This document shows positions 23,251 through 35,076 of a stretch of DNA of 64,000 bases, piece after piece. Every line of letters begins with the position of its first letter. Position 1 is the first letter of the stretch. This DNA comes from Ranitomeya imitator. Its lineage: Eukaryota. The notes below the pieces were generated by a model. It ran no database searches and was not told the origin of the DNA. It was given only the letters and a program-made list of their open reading frames with translations. The translations under genes and the position numbers were made by a program. Location: assembly GCF_032444005.1 (NCBI RefSeq), contig NC_091287.1, positions 531,960,001-532,024,000 on the forward strand, read 5' to 3'.

Positions 23251-23437
23251 CAGTGTTCCCCAACTCTGGTCCTCAAGAGCCACCAACAGGTCATGTCTTC
23301 AGGATTTCCTGAGTATTGCACAGGTGATAATTGCATCACCTGCACAGGCAATAATACCATCACATGGGCCATACTAAGGAAATACTGAAAACATGACCTG
23401 TTGGTGGCTCTTGAGGACCGGAGTTGGGGAACTCTTG
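23251..23437. mobile_element. Palindromic MITE (~187 bp), hAT/Charlie-like ends
   Basis: Long inverted arms TTCCCCAACTC.GGTCCTCAAGAGCCACCAACAGGTCATGT; no clean TSD found. Confidence 0.7.
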
Positions 23438-23660
23438 TCTTAGAGACTTAGTGATAACAGTAAAGTGAAACTGTGTGTATCTGGCATTCTGAACACATTT
23501 GTATGAATAGTTATACAAATGAGGAACTTTGTAATGATTATGAAAATGCTGCATAATCATTTTGAAGGACTTTATATTATATATTACATGAGATTGCATT
23601 GGCAGCTATGTTATTATTATGCATATTTCAATCTTGCTGACTGGTGTATTATGGTGTCAC

Positions 23661-23826
23661 NNNNNNNNNNNNNNNNNNNNNNNNNNNNNNNNNNNNNNNN
23701 NNNNNNNNNNNNNNNNNNNNNNNNNNNNNNNNNNNNNNNNNNNNNNNNNNNNNNNNNNNNNNNNNNNNNNNNNNNNNNNNNNNNNNNNNNNNNNTCTTCT
23801 ATCTATCAATCTATTATCTATTGATT

Positions 23827-23868
<42 letters not shown>

Positions 23869-23879
23869 TTATCTATCTA
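23661..23879. repeat. Assembly gap (134 N) followed by a (TCTA)n microsatellite
   Basis: N at 23661-23794, then TCTA repeats. Confidence 0.95.
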
Positions 23880-24309
23880 TAAAATAAAAAAAAAAACAGT
23901 CAGCACTCCAAAAATAAAGTGAAAAACCGTGGCTTTACTGATCCATAGGCTGGCAGATCGGTGCCTTGCCACAATTCTGTCTCTGAGCTCCTTGGCCAGT
24001 TCCTTTGACCTCATGATTCTCATTTGGCCTGACATGCACTGTGAGCTGTGAGATCTTAGGCTTTGTTTTTACGGTCAGTAAACTCTGTGGGTTGGACGCT
24101 GTGTACATCCGCAGCGTCCATCCTCTGGCTTCCCTGCGTAAAAAGACACGTGGCACGTCTTTCTTTACCAATGTATTGAGTGCGGTGATTCCGCATAGTT
24201 CAATGAACACATGCGGAATCACCGGCGTTCAAAAGCCGGCAGCGCTTTGGACGGAGCGGACATGTGCTGTGTCCAAAGCGCACAGGTGTGCGCCTTTCCA
24301 AATCATGTC

Positions 24310-24547
24310 CTATCAGTTTAATTAAACACAGCTGGACTCCAATGAAGGAGTAGAACCATCTCAAGGAATTTTTCACTCTTTGTTTCATTGCAGCCAGAAA
24401 TTTTTGCAAATGTATTAAAAAAGTAAAAATGGTATATCATATGGACATAAGTATTCAGACCCTTTGCTCAGACACTTGTATTTAAGTCACATGCTGTCAA
24501 TTTCCTTGTGATCCTTAAAGGGGTCTGAATAATTTCCATACCCACTG
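24310..24547. mobile_element. Tc1-type fragment
   Basis: Ends ...CCCACTG-TA; internal AAGTATTCAGACCC / GGGTCTGAATA inverted motif typical of Tc1 IR/DRs. Confidence 0.45.
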
Positions 24548-25001
24548 TATATATCTATCTAGGTATCATAATGCATTTCTGCGCTCTGGAGAGCACAGGG
24601 AGATGTCACTGATAGCGTTGAGTCCAGATGCTCGGGGCTGATTTGTTCCTCTCCCAATCTGCTCATAAAAGGTAAATGTAATCATCGCAGCCCACAGGTC
24701 ATGAACAGGTTGTCATTTCATTGGGAACATCCTTGTCATTCCCTCACATACTCACAGGTGCCAGGAGGTTTTAGATTATGTTGAGTAGTGCCATGGGATA
24801 GATTTATCCTTTTTTCCTCCTTATATTAGGTGCATATGACACAAACACATACGTGATAGTGAATTAGTGTCAGTGTTAAAATCTGTACGGACAAGCTTGG
24901 AGGCAAAGGCAGGTGGTGTGCCAACAGAAAGACCAAGAGAGGTTTAGGTGTGAAAGTATGTGCCTGTCTGAGCGGGGTGCAGAGCAGCACCAGAGTTTTA
25001 C

Positions 25002-25663
25002 TGTCACGCGGTGACTAACAGAGTGACACGACCCAACGAAAGGTCGGTCAGCTAACGGCACAACACACAACGGGGATGGAATAAGAAGGGAGGAAGGCCC
25101 TACCAATAGGGAATGAGGGATGGTCACCACCTGAGCTCAAATCTGAGCCTGTCCCTGTACTCCCCTAATGCCTTATGCAGGTACTTCCCCCCACTGCCGT
25201 CAGGATACCTCGTCCCTAACTGTCACGTAACTCTGCCCTGGCTAGTGCACTGGCTGGTGACGGGTACTAGCCGCACCACTGCAGATAATAAACACAGGAG
25301 GAAGTGACAGACACCAAAGGAACAAGGTAACATAAATTTCAAACTTAGCTTTCTCTGCTGCAAAGCACCGCACAGCAGAATAAAGGCACCAGATCAGAAA
25401 ACTCAGCAGAATCACCACTGCACCCAGAGAGCTCCTTGGTCACTGCAGATTGCTCTAACATTGAGAGTCAGCTGATGCATCAGGTGACCTTGTAAAAGAT
25501 GGTGGGAGTGGTCATCACCCACATCAGCTGACCCAGCAGCAATGCAATTACCCCAGCTTGCCAGCGGGGAAAAACTGACATTAACCCCCAATAGCCCAAA
25601 GAGAAAAAAAGGTTTAACTCCATGGAACCAGATCTGCCACAAATCCAAAATTGGATCATGACA
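25002..25663. mobile_element. Solo LTR (family C)
   Basis: TGTCACG...CATGACA termini; perfect 5-bp TSD TTTAC (24997-25001, 25664-25668). Confidence 0.85.
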
Positions 25664-25905
25664 TTTACTTTTACGGACTCATTATTTTGTCGGGTTGCTC
25701 CATTTTGCAAATGTATGTTGGCGGAAAGCAAAGACAAGATTGTTAAAGGTAAATATGTGGATATTTGGCCCCAACTTTCTGTTGATTTTGTAATTGTGAA
25801 CAAGGAGCGTGCTTTTGAGAAAGCTACAAATTGGAAGCCGCAGGCCTCCAACACTGTAATTAGTTACAGACCTTTTCTGTGCTGTGTGCTAGCATTATGT
25901 GCTAG

Positions 25906-27019
25906 TGTAACACCCCAGGGTCCTGGTTGTTACAGTGGCATTACTTTCCCCACGGGGAGAGTGATGTCAGGCTTGGAAGCAAGGGAAGATCTCTTCTATC
26001 AGGTAAACACAAACATGCAACAGTTCACACACCAGGCAAGAAGGGGAAGCTCTGATCCTGCTTATGATGGCCCCCCTATATATAAATTCTGGTTTTGGAG
26101 GGAAAATAGTTAGTTAGTGCCGGACAGCAGACTGGAGCAGTCTGAGGCAAGAAGACGTGTGAGGGGCCATGCAGCCAGAGGTGCTGCAGCTCCTGGATAG
26201 CGACTTACAGAAAGAAAAAACAGTTTGTAGAGAGCATGCAGGAGAGAGGAGCACAGGTGAGTGACACCAGGGGAGGACAGCTGCAACTGAGCTACCTCTT
26301 TGGCAGAGGGCAAATACCGTTAGCTGGAAGACCAAGGTAGTGTTGGACTCTAGGAGGCACAGCAGAAACCAGCAGGACAGCTGGACTATATGTTACCTGT
26401 CCCTCCTAATACCCAGGAGGCACAGTGGCGCATAGACCCCTGGTTGTGATAGAGACCCTATAAAAAGGCTCAAACTACCTGTCATACGGGTTTGTGTCCC
26501 ACCATTATGGAGGACAGAGAGGAACTGTGAGGACCTTATAAGAAGCTATAGGCAGTAAAGGACTACAATACCATTGTGCTAAGAGGAAGGCTTTCATCTC
26601 CTCCTGGTAGAGGGGACTCTGCACTTACTTCCAAGCCTGCCAGACCCTGCCTATACCTGTGATCTGGTGCCCTGGACTGTGGATACCTGAAGTCTCCCGT
26701 AAACCAGGTAAAGCGACTGCAAACCTGTGTCCTCATTCTTTACTGCACCATTCACCATCTTCTATACACAAGGAGCCCTGGGGACCTACTTCACCTGTGG
26801 GAAGTTATACCATATAGCTGCCATAACATCACCCCAGAAGACCCCTTTAAGCAGCGTCGGTCCCCACTGACCGAATACCACAGATGGCATCATGAACACA
26901 AACTTTATTCAAAATCCCTTTAAAGACTTTCCCTTTAAAGACTTTCGCCGCGACCGTGACATTCCCCTGTGAGTACCGGACCCAGTACCGAGTACCCAAC
27001 GGCCCTGGCGGTCATCTCA
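25906..27019 (+). mobile_element. Gypsy-type solo LTR (family A)
   Basis: TGTAACACCCC...CA termini; 4-bp TSD CTAG (25902-25905, 27020-27023). Confidence 0.85.
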
Positions 27020-27194
27020 CTAGCATTCTCCCTATGCTTAGACACTATTTTCAGCACCTGTAGTCTACCCAGAGGTTCAGTTTGGTGTCTGATGGGCCCT
27101 GGTGCAAAATTTGGACCTGGGACCCTGCTTGGATGTTGGTCAAATATATGGGCCTTTGTAGCATTCTAGATCCTATAAAGATATGCGTGTTCCC

Positions 27195-27620
27195 CCCATG
27201 TAAGAATCTCCCCCATCCTGGCTCTTTCTTGTAATAATGTCCCCATCCTGGGCCCTTCCAGTAATAATGCTCAAAATCCTGGGCCCCATGCTATATCAAT
27301 GTCCCCCATCCTGGCCCCTTCCTGGTACAATGTTTTCCATCATATAATAATGTCATTAAGCTCTTTATTTAATAATATGCCCGATCCTGGGCCTCTTACT
27401 ATAATAATGTCTTCCATCCTGGTCAACTACCAGTAATAATGTTCCATCCTGGTCCCTTTCAGTAATAATGTCCCCGTCCTGGATCCTTAGAGTAATAATG
27501 CATCCCATTATAAGCCCCATACTATATCAATGTCCCCCACCCTAGTATAAAGCCCCCAGCCTGGTACAATGTCACCCATCCTGGGCCCCTTCCTGGTATA
27601 ATGCCCGCATCCAAAGAGGA
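27195..27620. repeat. Degenerate ~25-30-bp tandem repeat (ATAATGTCCCCATCCTGG core), probably the interior of a MITE at ~27068-27710
   Basis: Core motif recurs more than 10 times and interrupts the DIRS gag frame. Confidence 0.7.
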
Positions 27621-30429
27621 ACATCCAGCTAAAATTGATGCTGGTGTCAGCGGGCCCCCCTATTACATGGACCCAGTTGCACTCTCTGTTACTGAAACCG
27701 TTATGCCCCTATTGGTGGCGTTACGATGAATAATTTAGTTGTACATTGGCTTTGTTCCCTTGGGTTGGATGGACATTGAAGGCTACAGATGCATGTATTC
27801 AACTGAATTTAGTGAAGTGTCCTCAGTGACCCTTTCAAGAGGGAACCAAAGAGCACACCAAACAGCAGAGAGCTGCGGCCTATTGCCACACGTTAGTTGT
27901 ACAACAAAGGCCATGGTGGTTTCTATACTAACTGTAAATTCTGGCAAGAGTCATTCATCTGTGGTGCACCACACTAGGCTATCGAATATTCCCCTAAAAG
28001 GTGGTCACTGGTGGTATGAAAGAGTACACTGGTGAAAGGTTTCGTAATGTGACGTTGGTGAAACCTGTATCCCAGGAGGCAAAACTAATTAAAGATGGTT
28101 TTGAGTGAGTTTTTTATGTTCCTCAGGAGCTAGGAAGCTCCTCAATGTTGTGAGCTAACCTAAAATCAGTAATGAAAAATGTAACGTAGGATACAGAGAA
28201 AAAAAAACAAATAAACTAGGGTGCCTGACCTTGTGATGTGCACTTATATAGTGCTGGGCAACCCGCCTGATCTAATAGTATGGGTGTCACTAATAGGCTG
28301 CAAGCTAGACACGTATCTGTGTGACTGACGACCTAGAGCCTTATTTGTGTGCAGTTCCAATGCTAAGCGTCTACCCCCTCCATGAATGGTTGGTGTCTGA
28401 GTGCTTATCTCATTTGTGACCTGTGTGGGTAAAGATGGCTACCTTTTTTTCTGCAATGTTTTTCGCATAGAGAAAACCTGATGAAAAAAAAATGAGTTGG
28501 CTCTCATAGCGGAACTCTTTAATGAGGCCCTGTTTCCAAATTTTAGGGTGTCACCATTGAGCCTGGTCCCAAAAAAAGAGTCTGATAAATTTAGAATGAT
28601 TTACTATCTAACCATCCTGGGGTCAATAATGGTATCTTGAAGTAGGAAGCTTTTTCCAGTGCAGTTTTATTACTAAGACATCCAGGGGCTTTGTTGGCCA
28701 AGTCAAATATTGAAGCAGCCTTCTGTCTCTTGACTGCTTCCATTTGTTGGGATGACGTTTAGAGGATCAATATTTTATTGACACGTGCCTTCATATTGGA
28801 TAATTAAATATCTTATTATTTTGAAGTGTTTACTTGTTGTCCACATAGTTTTATCCATTTTGATGTAGAATTATCATCTGTGTTTACTACTTGGATGACT
28901 TTGTGTTTGCAGATCCTGGGGATTCTCCTGTGTGTGGTTGTTTGCTCCAAGTTTTCGAAGGTCTTACACAGATAATTGGCATTCTGAAGTGAAGATGGCC
29001 TATGTTATCTGGCATTGAGATAGATACAGCCGATATGGTTATCTGGATACCGGAGGGGAAGGTTGCTATCAATGATGAATCGGTTTGTTTTGTCCAAAAA
29101 GGTGACTCAGATACAGGCATTGTTAGGTTTGCTAATATTTGTTAGGAAAATCATACCCATAAGTAAGGTTTATTTGTAGATGATTATCACTCACTACCAA
29201 AGAGCTGGCACCTAGAGTTGAGCGACCTTGACCTTTTTAGAGTCGAGACGGGTTTCGCGAAACCCGACTATCTCAAAAGTCGGGTCGAGTGAAATCGGCC
29301 GATTATGACGTAAAGTCGGGATCGACCGAAACACGAAACCCAATGCAAGTCAATGGGGCAGCATAGTCGGCAGTGAGTGGGGGCCAGGAAAACACCTAGA
29401 GTGCCCATTTTAATGTCAAAACCATCCATTCTTCTTAATGAAGCTTGTCAAGCGTAATTTACCTTATAATAATTGGAAGGCATTTGAAATTGGGGGTCAT
29501 TTGGCTAAAGTTGTGGTGGGTAGGGCTGGTTCAAGTAATTAGTGGGCCCAGGAAATCTGGACCACGTCACGGCAGTGGAGCAGGGAGAGGTAAGTATTTC
29601 AACTTTGCAAGTGCTGTGAACCTGAGCAAGCAGGGGGGGCCCACTCGTTGGCATTGGCACTGGCACAGGGCCCCTCAAAGTACAGCGGTGTGTTTGCACG
29701 GCGGGGGCGCCTCCCACCGGCAGCAACACTTTTGCGTACCATGAGAGGCCCTGTGCCAGTGACGTCGCCAACTAGTATTCCTCCCCCCACCTGATGAAGG
29801 AACCTGCACTTTCATCTGCACCTTCCTGTTTGTCCCCGTGTAAGGTGGTATGGTATGCGGGAAGGGGGACCTGACTTTCAGCAGGGTCACAATGTTGTTG
29901 TGTAGCGTGAACGGGAAATGTTGCGTTATGGGTCAATGTACCAGCAGACTCATCTATCACTGGCTGGGCAATGGGCAGGATGAGGAGGAAACACAGATAT
30001 AGGCCCAAAGAATAAAGTGGGCTAAATGCAGTTCAAAATTTATAACACAGGACTAATCAGGGGGCATTGCAGTGGAGGACAACTGGAATGAGAGGCTGAC
30101 ACAGAGAGTAGGCCCAAATCAGTAAGTAGTCGAAATGCAGTTCAAAATTGGCAACAGTAGTAAACAGGCGGCACAGCTTTGTTCAGTGGAGGAGAACAGC
30201 AAGGAGTGGCAGACACCGATAGTAGGCCCCAACCTAACTAGTAGGCCAAATGCAGTCTAACATTAACAACTACTTAACGAGCGCCTGAAAACGGAATTTC
30301 AGGACAGGAAACCAGGAGAACAGCAAGGAGCGGCAGACACCGATAGTAGGCCCCAAACCAACTAGTACGCCAAATGCAGTTGTTCCATTTAACCACAATT
30401 TAATGAGAGCCTGAAGATAGAAGTTCAGG

Positions 30430-31805
30430 AAAGGCAACCTGGAGAACACCTTGGAGTGGAACACACCATCTCTCTACACCCCATACCCAATTTGTAGGTC
30501 TAATGCAGCGTAGTTTTCAACAACTACTAAACGAGAGCATGATGATCGAAGCATTGGCGAGGAAACCTGGGGAACACCTTGGAGTGGAACACACCATCTC
30601 TCTACAGTGGAACACACCATCTCTCTACACCCCATACCCAATTTGTAGGCCTAATGCAGCGTAGTTTCCAACAACTACTAAACGAGAGCCGGAAGATCGA
30701 AGCAATGGAGAGGAAACCTGGGGAACACCTTGGAGTGTAACACACCATCTCTCTACACCCCATACCCAATTTGTAGGCCTAATGCAGCGTAGTTTCCAAC
30801 AACTACTAAACGAGAGCCGGAAGATCGAAGCAATGGAGAGGAAACCTGGGGAACACCTTGGAGTGTAACACACCATCTCTCTACACCCCATACCCAATTT
30901 GTAGGCCTAATGCAGCGTAGCTTCCAACAACTACTAAACAAGAGCCGGAAGATCGAAGCAATGGAGAGGAAACCTGGGGAACACCTTGGAGTGTAACACA
31001 CCATCTCTCTACACCCCATACCCAATTTGTAGGCCTAATGCAGCGTAGTTTGCAACAACTACTAAACGAGAGCCGGAAGATCGAAGCAATGGAGAGGAAA
31101 CCTGGGGAACACCTTGGAGTGTAACACACCATCTCTCTACACCCCATACCCAATTTGTAGGCCTAATGCAGCGTAGTTTCCAACAACTACTAAACGAGAG
31201 CATGATGATCGAAGCATTGGCGAGGAAACCTGGGGAACACCTTGGAGTGGAACACACCATCTCTCTACAGTGGAACACACCATCTCTCTACAACCCATAC
31301 CCAATTTGTAGGCCTAATGCAGCGTAGTTTCCAACAACTACTAAACGAGAGCCGGAAGATCGAAGCTCAGGAAAGGCAACCTGGAGAACACCTTGGAGTG
31401 GAACACACCATCTCTCTACACCCCATACCCAATTTGTAGGCCCAATGTAGCGTAGTTTCCAACAACTACTAAACGAGAGCCGGAAGATCGAAGCAATGGA
31501 GAGGAAACCTGGGGAACACCTTGGAGTGTAACACACCATCTCTCTACACCCCATACCCAATTTGTAGGCCTAATGCAGCGTAGTTTCCAACAACTACTAA
31601 ACGAGAGCCGGAAGATCGAAGCAATGGAGAGGAAACCTGGGGAACACCTTGGAGTGTAACACACCATCTCTCTACACCCCATACCCAATTTGTAGGCCTA
31701 ATGCAGCGTAGTTTCCAACAACTACTAAACGAGAGCTGGAAGATCGAAGCTCAGGAAAGGCAACCTGGGGAACACCTTGGAGTGTAACAAACCCTCTCTC
31801 TACAC
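30430..31805. repeat. 128-bp tandem array (~10.5 copies) inside the hAT
   Basis: Period 128 (repeated ORFs at 30625, 30753, 30881, 31009); preceded by diverged ~120-bp units from ~30040. Confidence 0.95.
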
Positions 31806-31842
31806 CACGGAAGGGCTGATTCTTAGGAAGGAAGGCTGTCGG

Positions 31843-31919
31843 AAAGAAGCAGGGCGCGTCCGAGGGTGATTATATTCTTATTAGGTATATACTCACCCTC
31901 GGACGCGCCCTGCTTCTTT
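31843..31919. repeat. Perfect 27-bp inverted repeat (hairpin) between the two arrays
   Basis: AAAGAAGCAGGGCGCGTCCGAGGGTGA and its exact complement, 23-nt spacer. Confidence 0.9.
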
Positions 31920-32260
31920 ATTTGGAATGAATGTTTATTAGCAATGTGGTTTTGACTTACTCTATTTTTTTGGTAATTAATGATTTTATTATTTTCATTG
32001 TTTTGCATCTTCTCGGCAATAATATAAAGAAGACGCGACAGGACAACACTCGGTGGATGCCATATGTGTGTTTTCAATTGAAAAAACCTTTCAGTTAACT
32101 ACTTGCAGGAGAAAGTTATTGTAGCTGGTGGCCATTTTTAGTACTGTACCAGATTTTTGTTGTATGTGTTTGTTTTTAATGTTAAAATGTCTGCATTTGA
32201 TATCTCTCCAGTATTTTCTTTTTTATAAGCAAAATACTTATTTTTATATTTTCTGATGTT

Positions 32261-34606
32261 GGTTCCAGGGGTACACGGGCAGCAGTGGTGTGGTCAGTGG
32301 AGGCCTAGTGGAAGGAGTGACCGCAGACAGGCATCGAAGGCCTAAAATAATAACACATGGCTGTAGGCAATTTTAAATTGGTTCCAGGGGTACACGGGCA
32401 GCAGTGGTGTGGTCAGTGGAGGCCTAGTGGAAGGAGTGACCGCAGACAGGCATCGAAGGCCTAAAATAATAACACATGGCTGTAGGCAATTTTAAATTGG
32501 TTCCAGGGGTACACGGGCAGCAGTGGTGTGGTCAGTGGAGGCCTAGTGGAAGGAGTGACCGCAGACAGGCATCGAAGGCCTAAAATAATAACACATGGCT
32601 GTAGGCAATTTTAAATTGGTTCCAGGGGTACACGGGCAGCAGTGGTGTGGTCAGTGGAGGCCTAGTGGAAGGAGTCACCGCAGACAGGCATCGAAGGCCT
32701 AAAATAATAACACATGGCTGTAGGCAATTTTAAATTGGTTCCAGGGGTACACGGGCAGCAGTGGTGTGGTCAGTGGAGGCCTAGTGGAAGGAGTGACCGC
32801 AGACAGGCATCGAAGGCCTAAAATAATAACACATGGCTGTAGGCAATTTTAAATTGGTTCCAGGGGTACACGGGCAGCAGTGGTGTGGTCAGTGGAGGCC
32901 TAGTGGAAGGAGTGACCGCAGACAGGCATCGAAGGCCTAAAATAATAACACATGGCTGTAGGCAATTTTAAATTGGTTCCAGGGGTACACGGGCAGCAGT
33001 GGTGTGGTCAGTGGAGGCCTAGTGGAAGGAGTCACCGCAGACAGGCATCGAAGGCCTAAAATAATAACACATGGCTGTAGGCAATTTTAAATTGGTTCCA
33101 GGGGTACACGGGCAGCAGTGGTGTGGTCAGTGGAGGCCTAGTGGAAGGAGTCACCGCAGACAGGCATCGAAGGCCTAAAATAATAACACATGGCTGTAGG
33201 CAATTTTAAATTGGTTACAGGGGTACACGGGCAGCAGTGGTGTGGTCAGTGGAGGCCTAGTGGAAGGAGTGACCGCAGACAGGCATCGAAGGCCTAAAAT
33301 AATAACACATGGCTGTAGGCAATTTTAAATTGGTTCCAGGGGTACACGGGCAGCAGTGGTGTGGTCAGTGGAGGCCTAGTGGAAGGAGTGACCGCAGACA
33401 GGCATCGAAGGCCTAAAATAATAACACATGGCTGTAGGCAATTTTAAATTGGTTCCAGGGGTACACGGGCAGCAGTGGTGTGGTCAGTGGAGGCCTAGTG
33501 GAAGGAGTGACCGCAGACAGGCATCGAAGGCCTAAAATAATAACACATGGCTGTAGGCAATTTTAAATTGGTTACAGGGGTACACAGGCAGCAGTGGTGT
33601 GGTCATTGGAGGCCTAGTGGAAGGAGTGACCGCAGACAGGCATCGAAGGCCTAAAATAATAACACATGGCTGTAGGCAATTTTAAATTGGTTCCAGGGGT
33701 ACACGGGCAGCAGTGGTGTGGTCAGTGGAGGCCTAGTGGAAGGAGTCACCGCAGACAGGCATCGAAGGCCTAAAATAATAACACATGGCTGTAGGCAATT
33801 TTAAATTGGTTCCAGGGGTACACGGGCAGCAGTGGTGTGGTCAGTGGAGGCCTAGTGGAAGGAGTGACCGCAGACAGGCATCGAAGGCCTAAAATAATAA
33901 CACATGGCTGTAGGCAATTTTAAATTGGTTCCAGGGGTACACGGGCAGCAGTGGTGTGGTCAGTGGAGGCCTAGTGGAAGGAGTGACCGCAGACAGGCAT
34001 CGAAGGCCTAAAATAATAACACATGGCTGTAGGCAATTTTAAATTGGTTCCAGGGGTACACGGGCAGCAGTGGTGTGGTCAGTGGAGGCCTAGTGGAAGG
34101 AGTGACCGCAGACAGGCATCGAAGGCCTAAAATAATAACACATGGCTGTAGGCAATTTTAAATTGGTTACAGGGGTACACGGGCAGCAGTGGTGTGGTCA
34201 GTGGAGGCCTAGTGGAAGGAGTCACCGCAGACAGGCATCGAAGGCCTAAAATAATAACACATGGCTGTAGGCAATTTTAAATTGGTTCCAGGGGTACACG
34301 GGCAGCAGTGGTGTGGTCAGTGGAGGCCTAGTGGAAGGAGTGACCGCAGACAGGCATCGAAGGCCTAAAATAATAACACATGGCTGTAGGCAATTTTAAA
34401 TTGGTTCCAGGGGTACACGGGCAGCAGTGGTGTGGTCAGTGGAGGCCTAGTGGAAGGAGTGACCGCAGACAGGCATCGAAGGCCTAAAATAATAACACAT
34501 GGCTGTAGGCAATTTTAAATTGGTTCCAGGGGTACACGGGCAGCAGTGGTGTGGTCAGTGGAGGCCTAGTGGAAGGAGTGACCACAGACAGGCATCGAAG
34601 GCCTAA
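32261..34606. repeat. 119-bp tandem array (~19.7 copies), very homogeneous, inside the hAT
   Basis: Starts at 32261, 32380, 32499 ... 34522; only sporadic single-base variants. Confidence 0.97.
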
Positions 34607-35076
34607 CATAACAAAAATGTCAATACAATGGTATTGTCAGTGGCAGGCATTGAAGGATGTCAGCGCATAGACTAAACATTGGTGGAGCTGTGAGATAATT
34701 TTGCAAGTGGTAGAGCACTGTTTGAGCTGGGGTGGGGGGAAACTGTCTTGTGGCCGGCGGTACAAGCCCAGGGCCCCTCATATTACAACGGTGTGTCTGA
34801 CGTTGGGTGCGCACCACCACCGCCAGAGACACTTTATTGTACTAGGAGGGACCCAGTGGCAGTGCCGTCGACCAAAAGCGGGCTCACCCACCTCTTCAGA
34901 CAAACTGCACTCTCACGGGTGCTGTCGCCAAGTGTCGATACCACGGCCCCGTGTGGGGAGTTTGGCCATTTAGTGAGGTGTAAACATGTCGTATGCTGGA
35001 CAATCAGGTGCAGAAAATTACGAGATTGGAAAAGGCATTCAGAATAGTCCACAGGCAAGACCTTTTCATAGGAAAG

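Noticed and set aside
23519-23922. ORFs containing X runs
   Set aside because: Artefacts of the N gap and TCTA microsatellite.
30625-31688. Series of ~90-aa ORFs, and the repeated 72-75-aa ORFs at 39033-40035
   Set aside because: By-products of tandem repeats with no domain signature.
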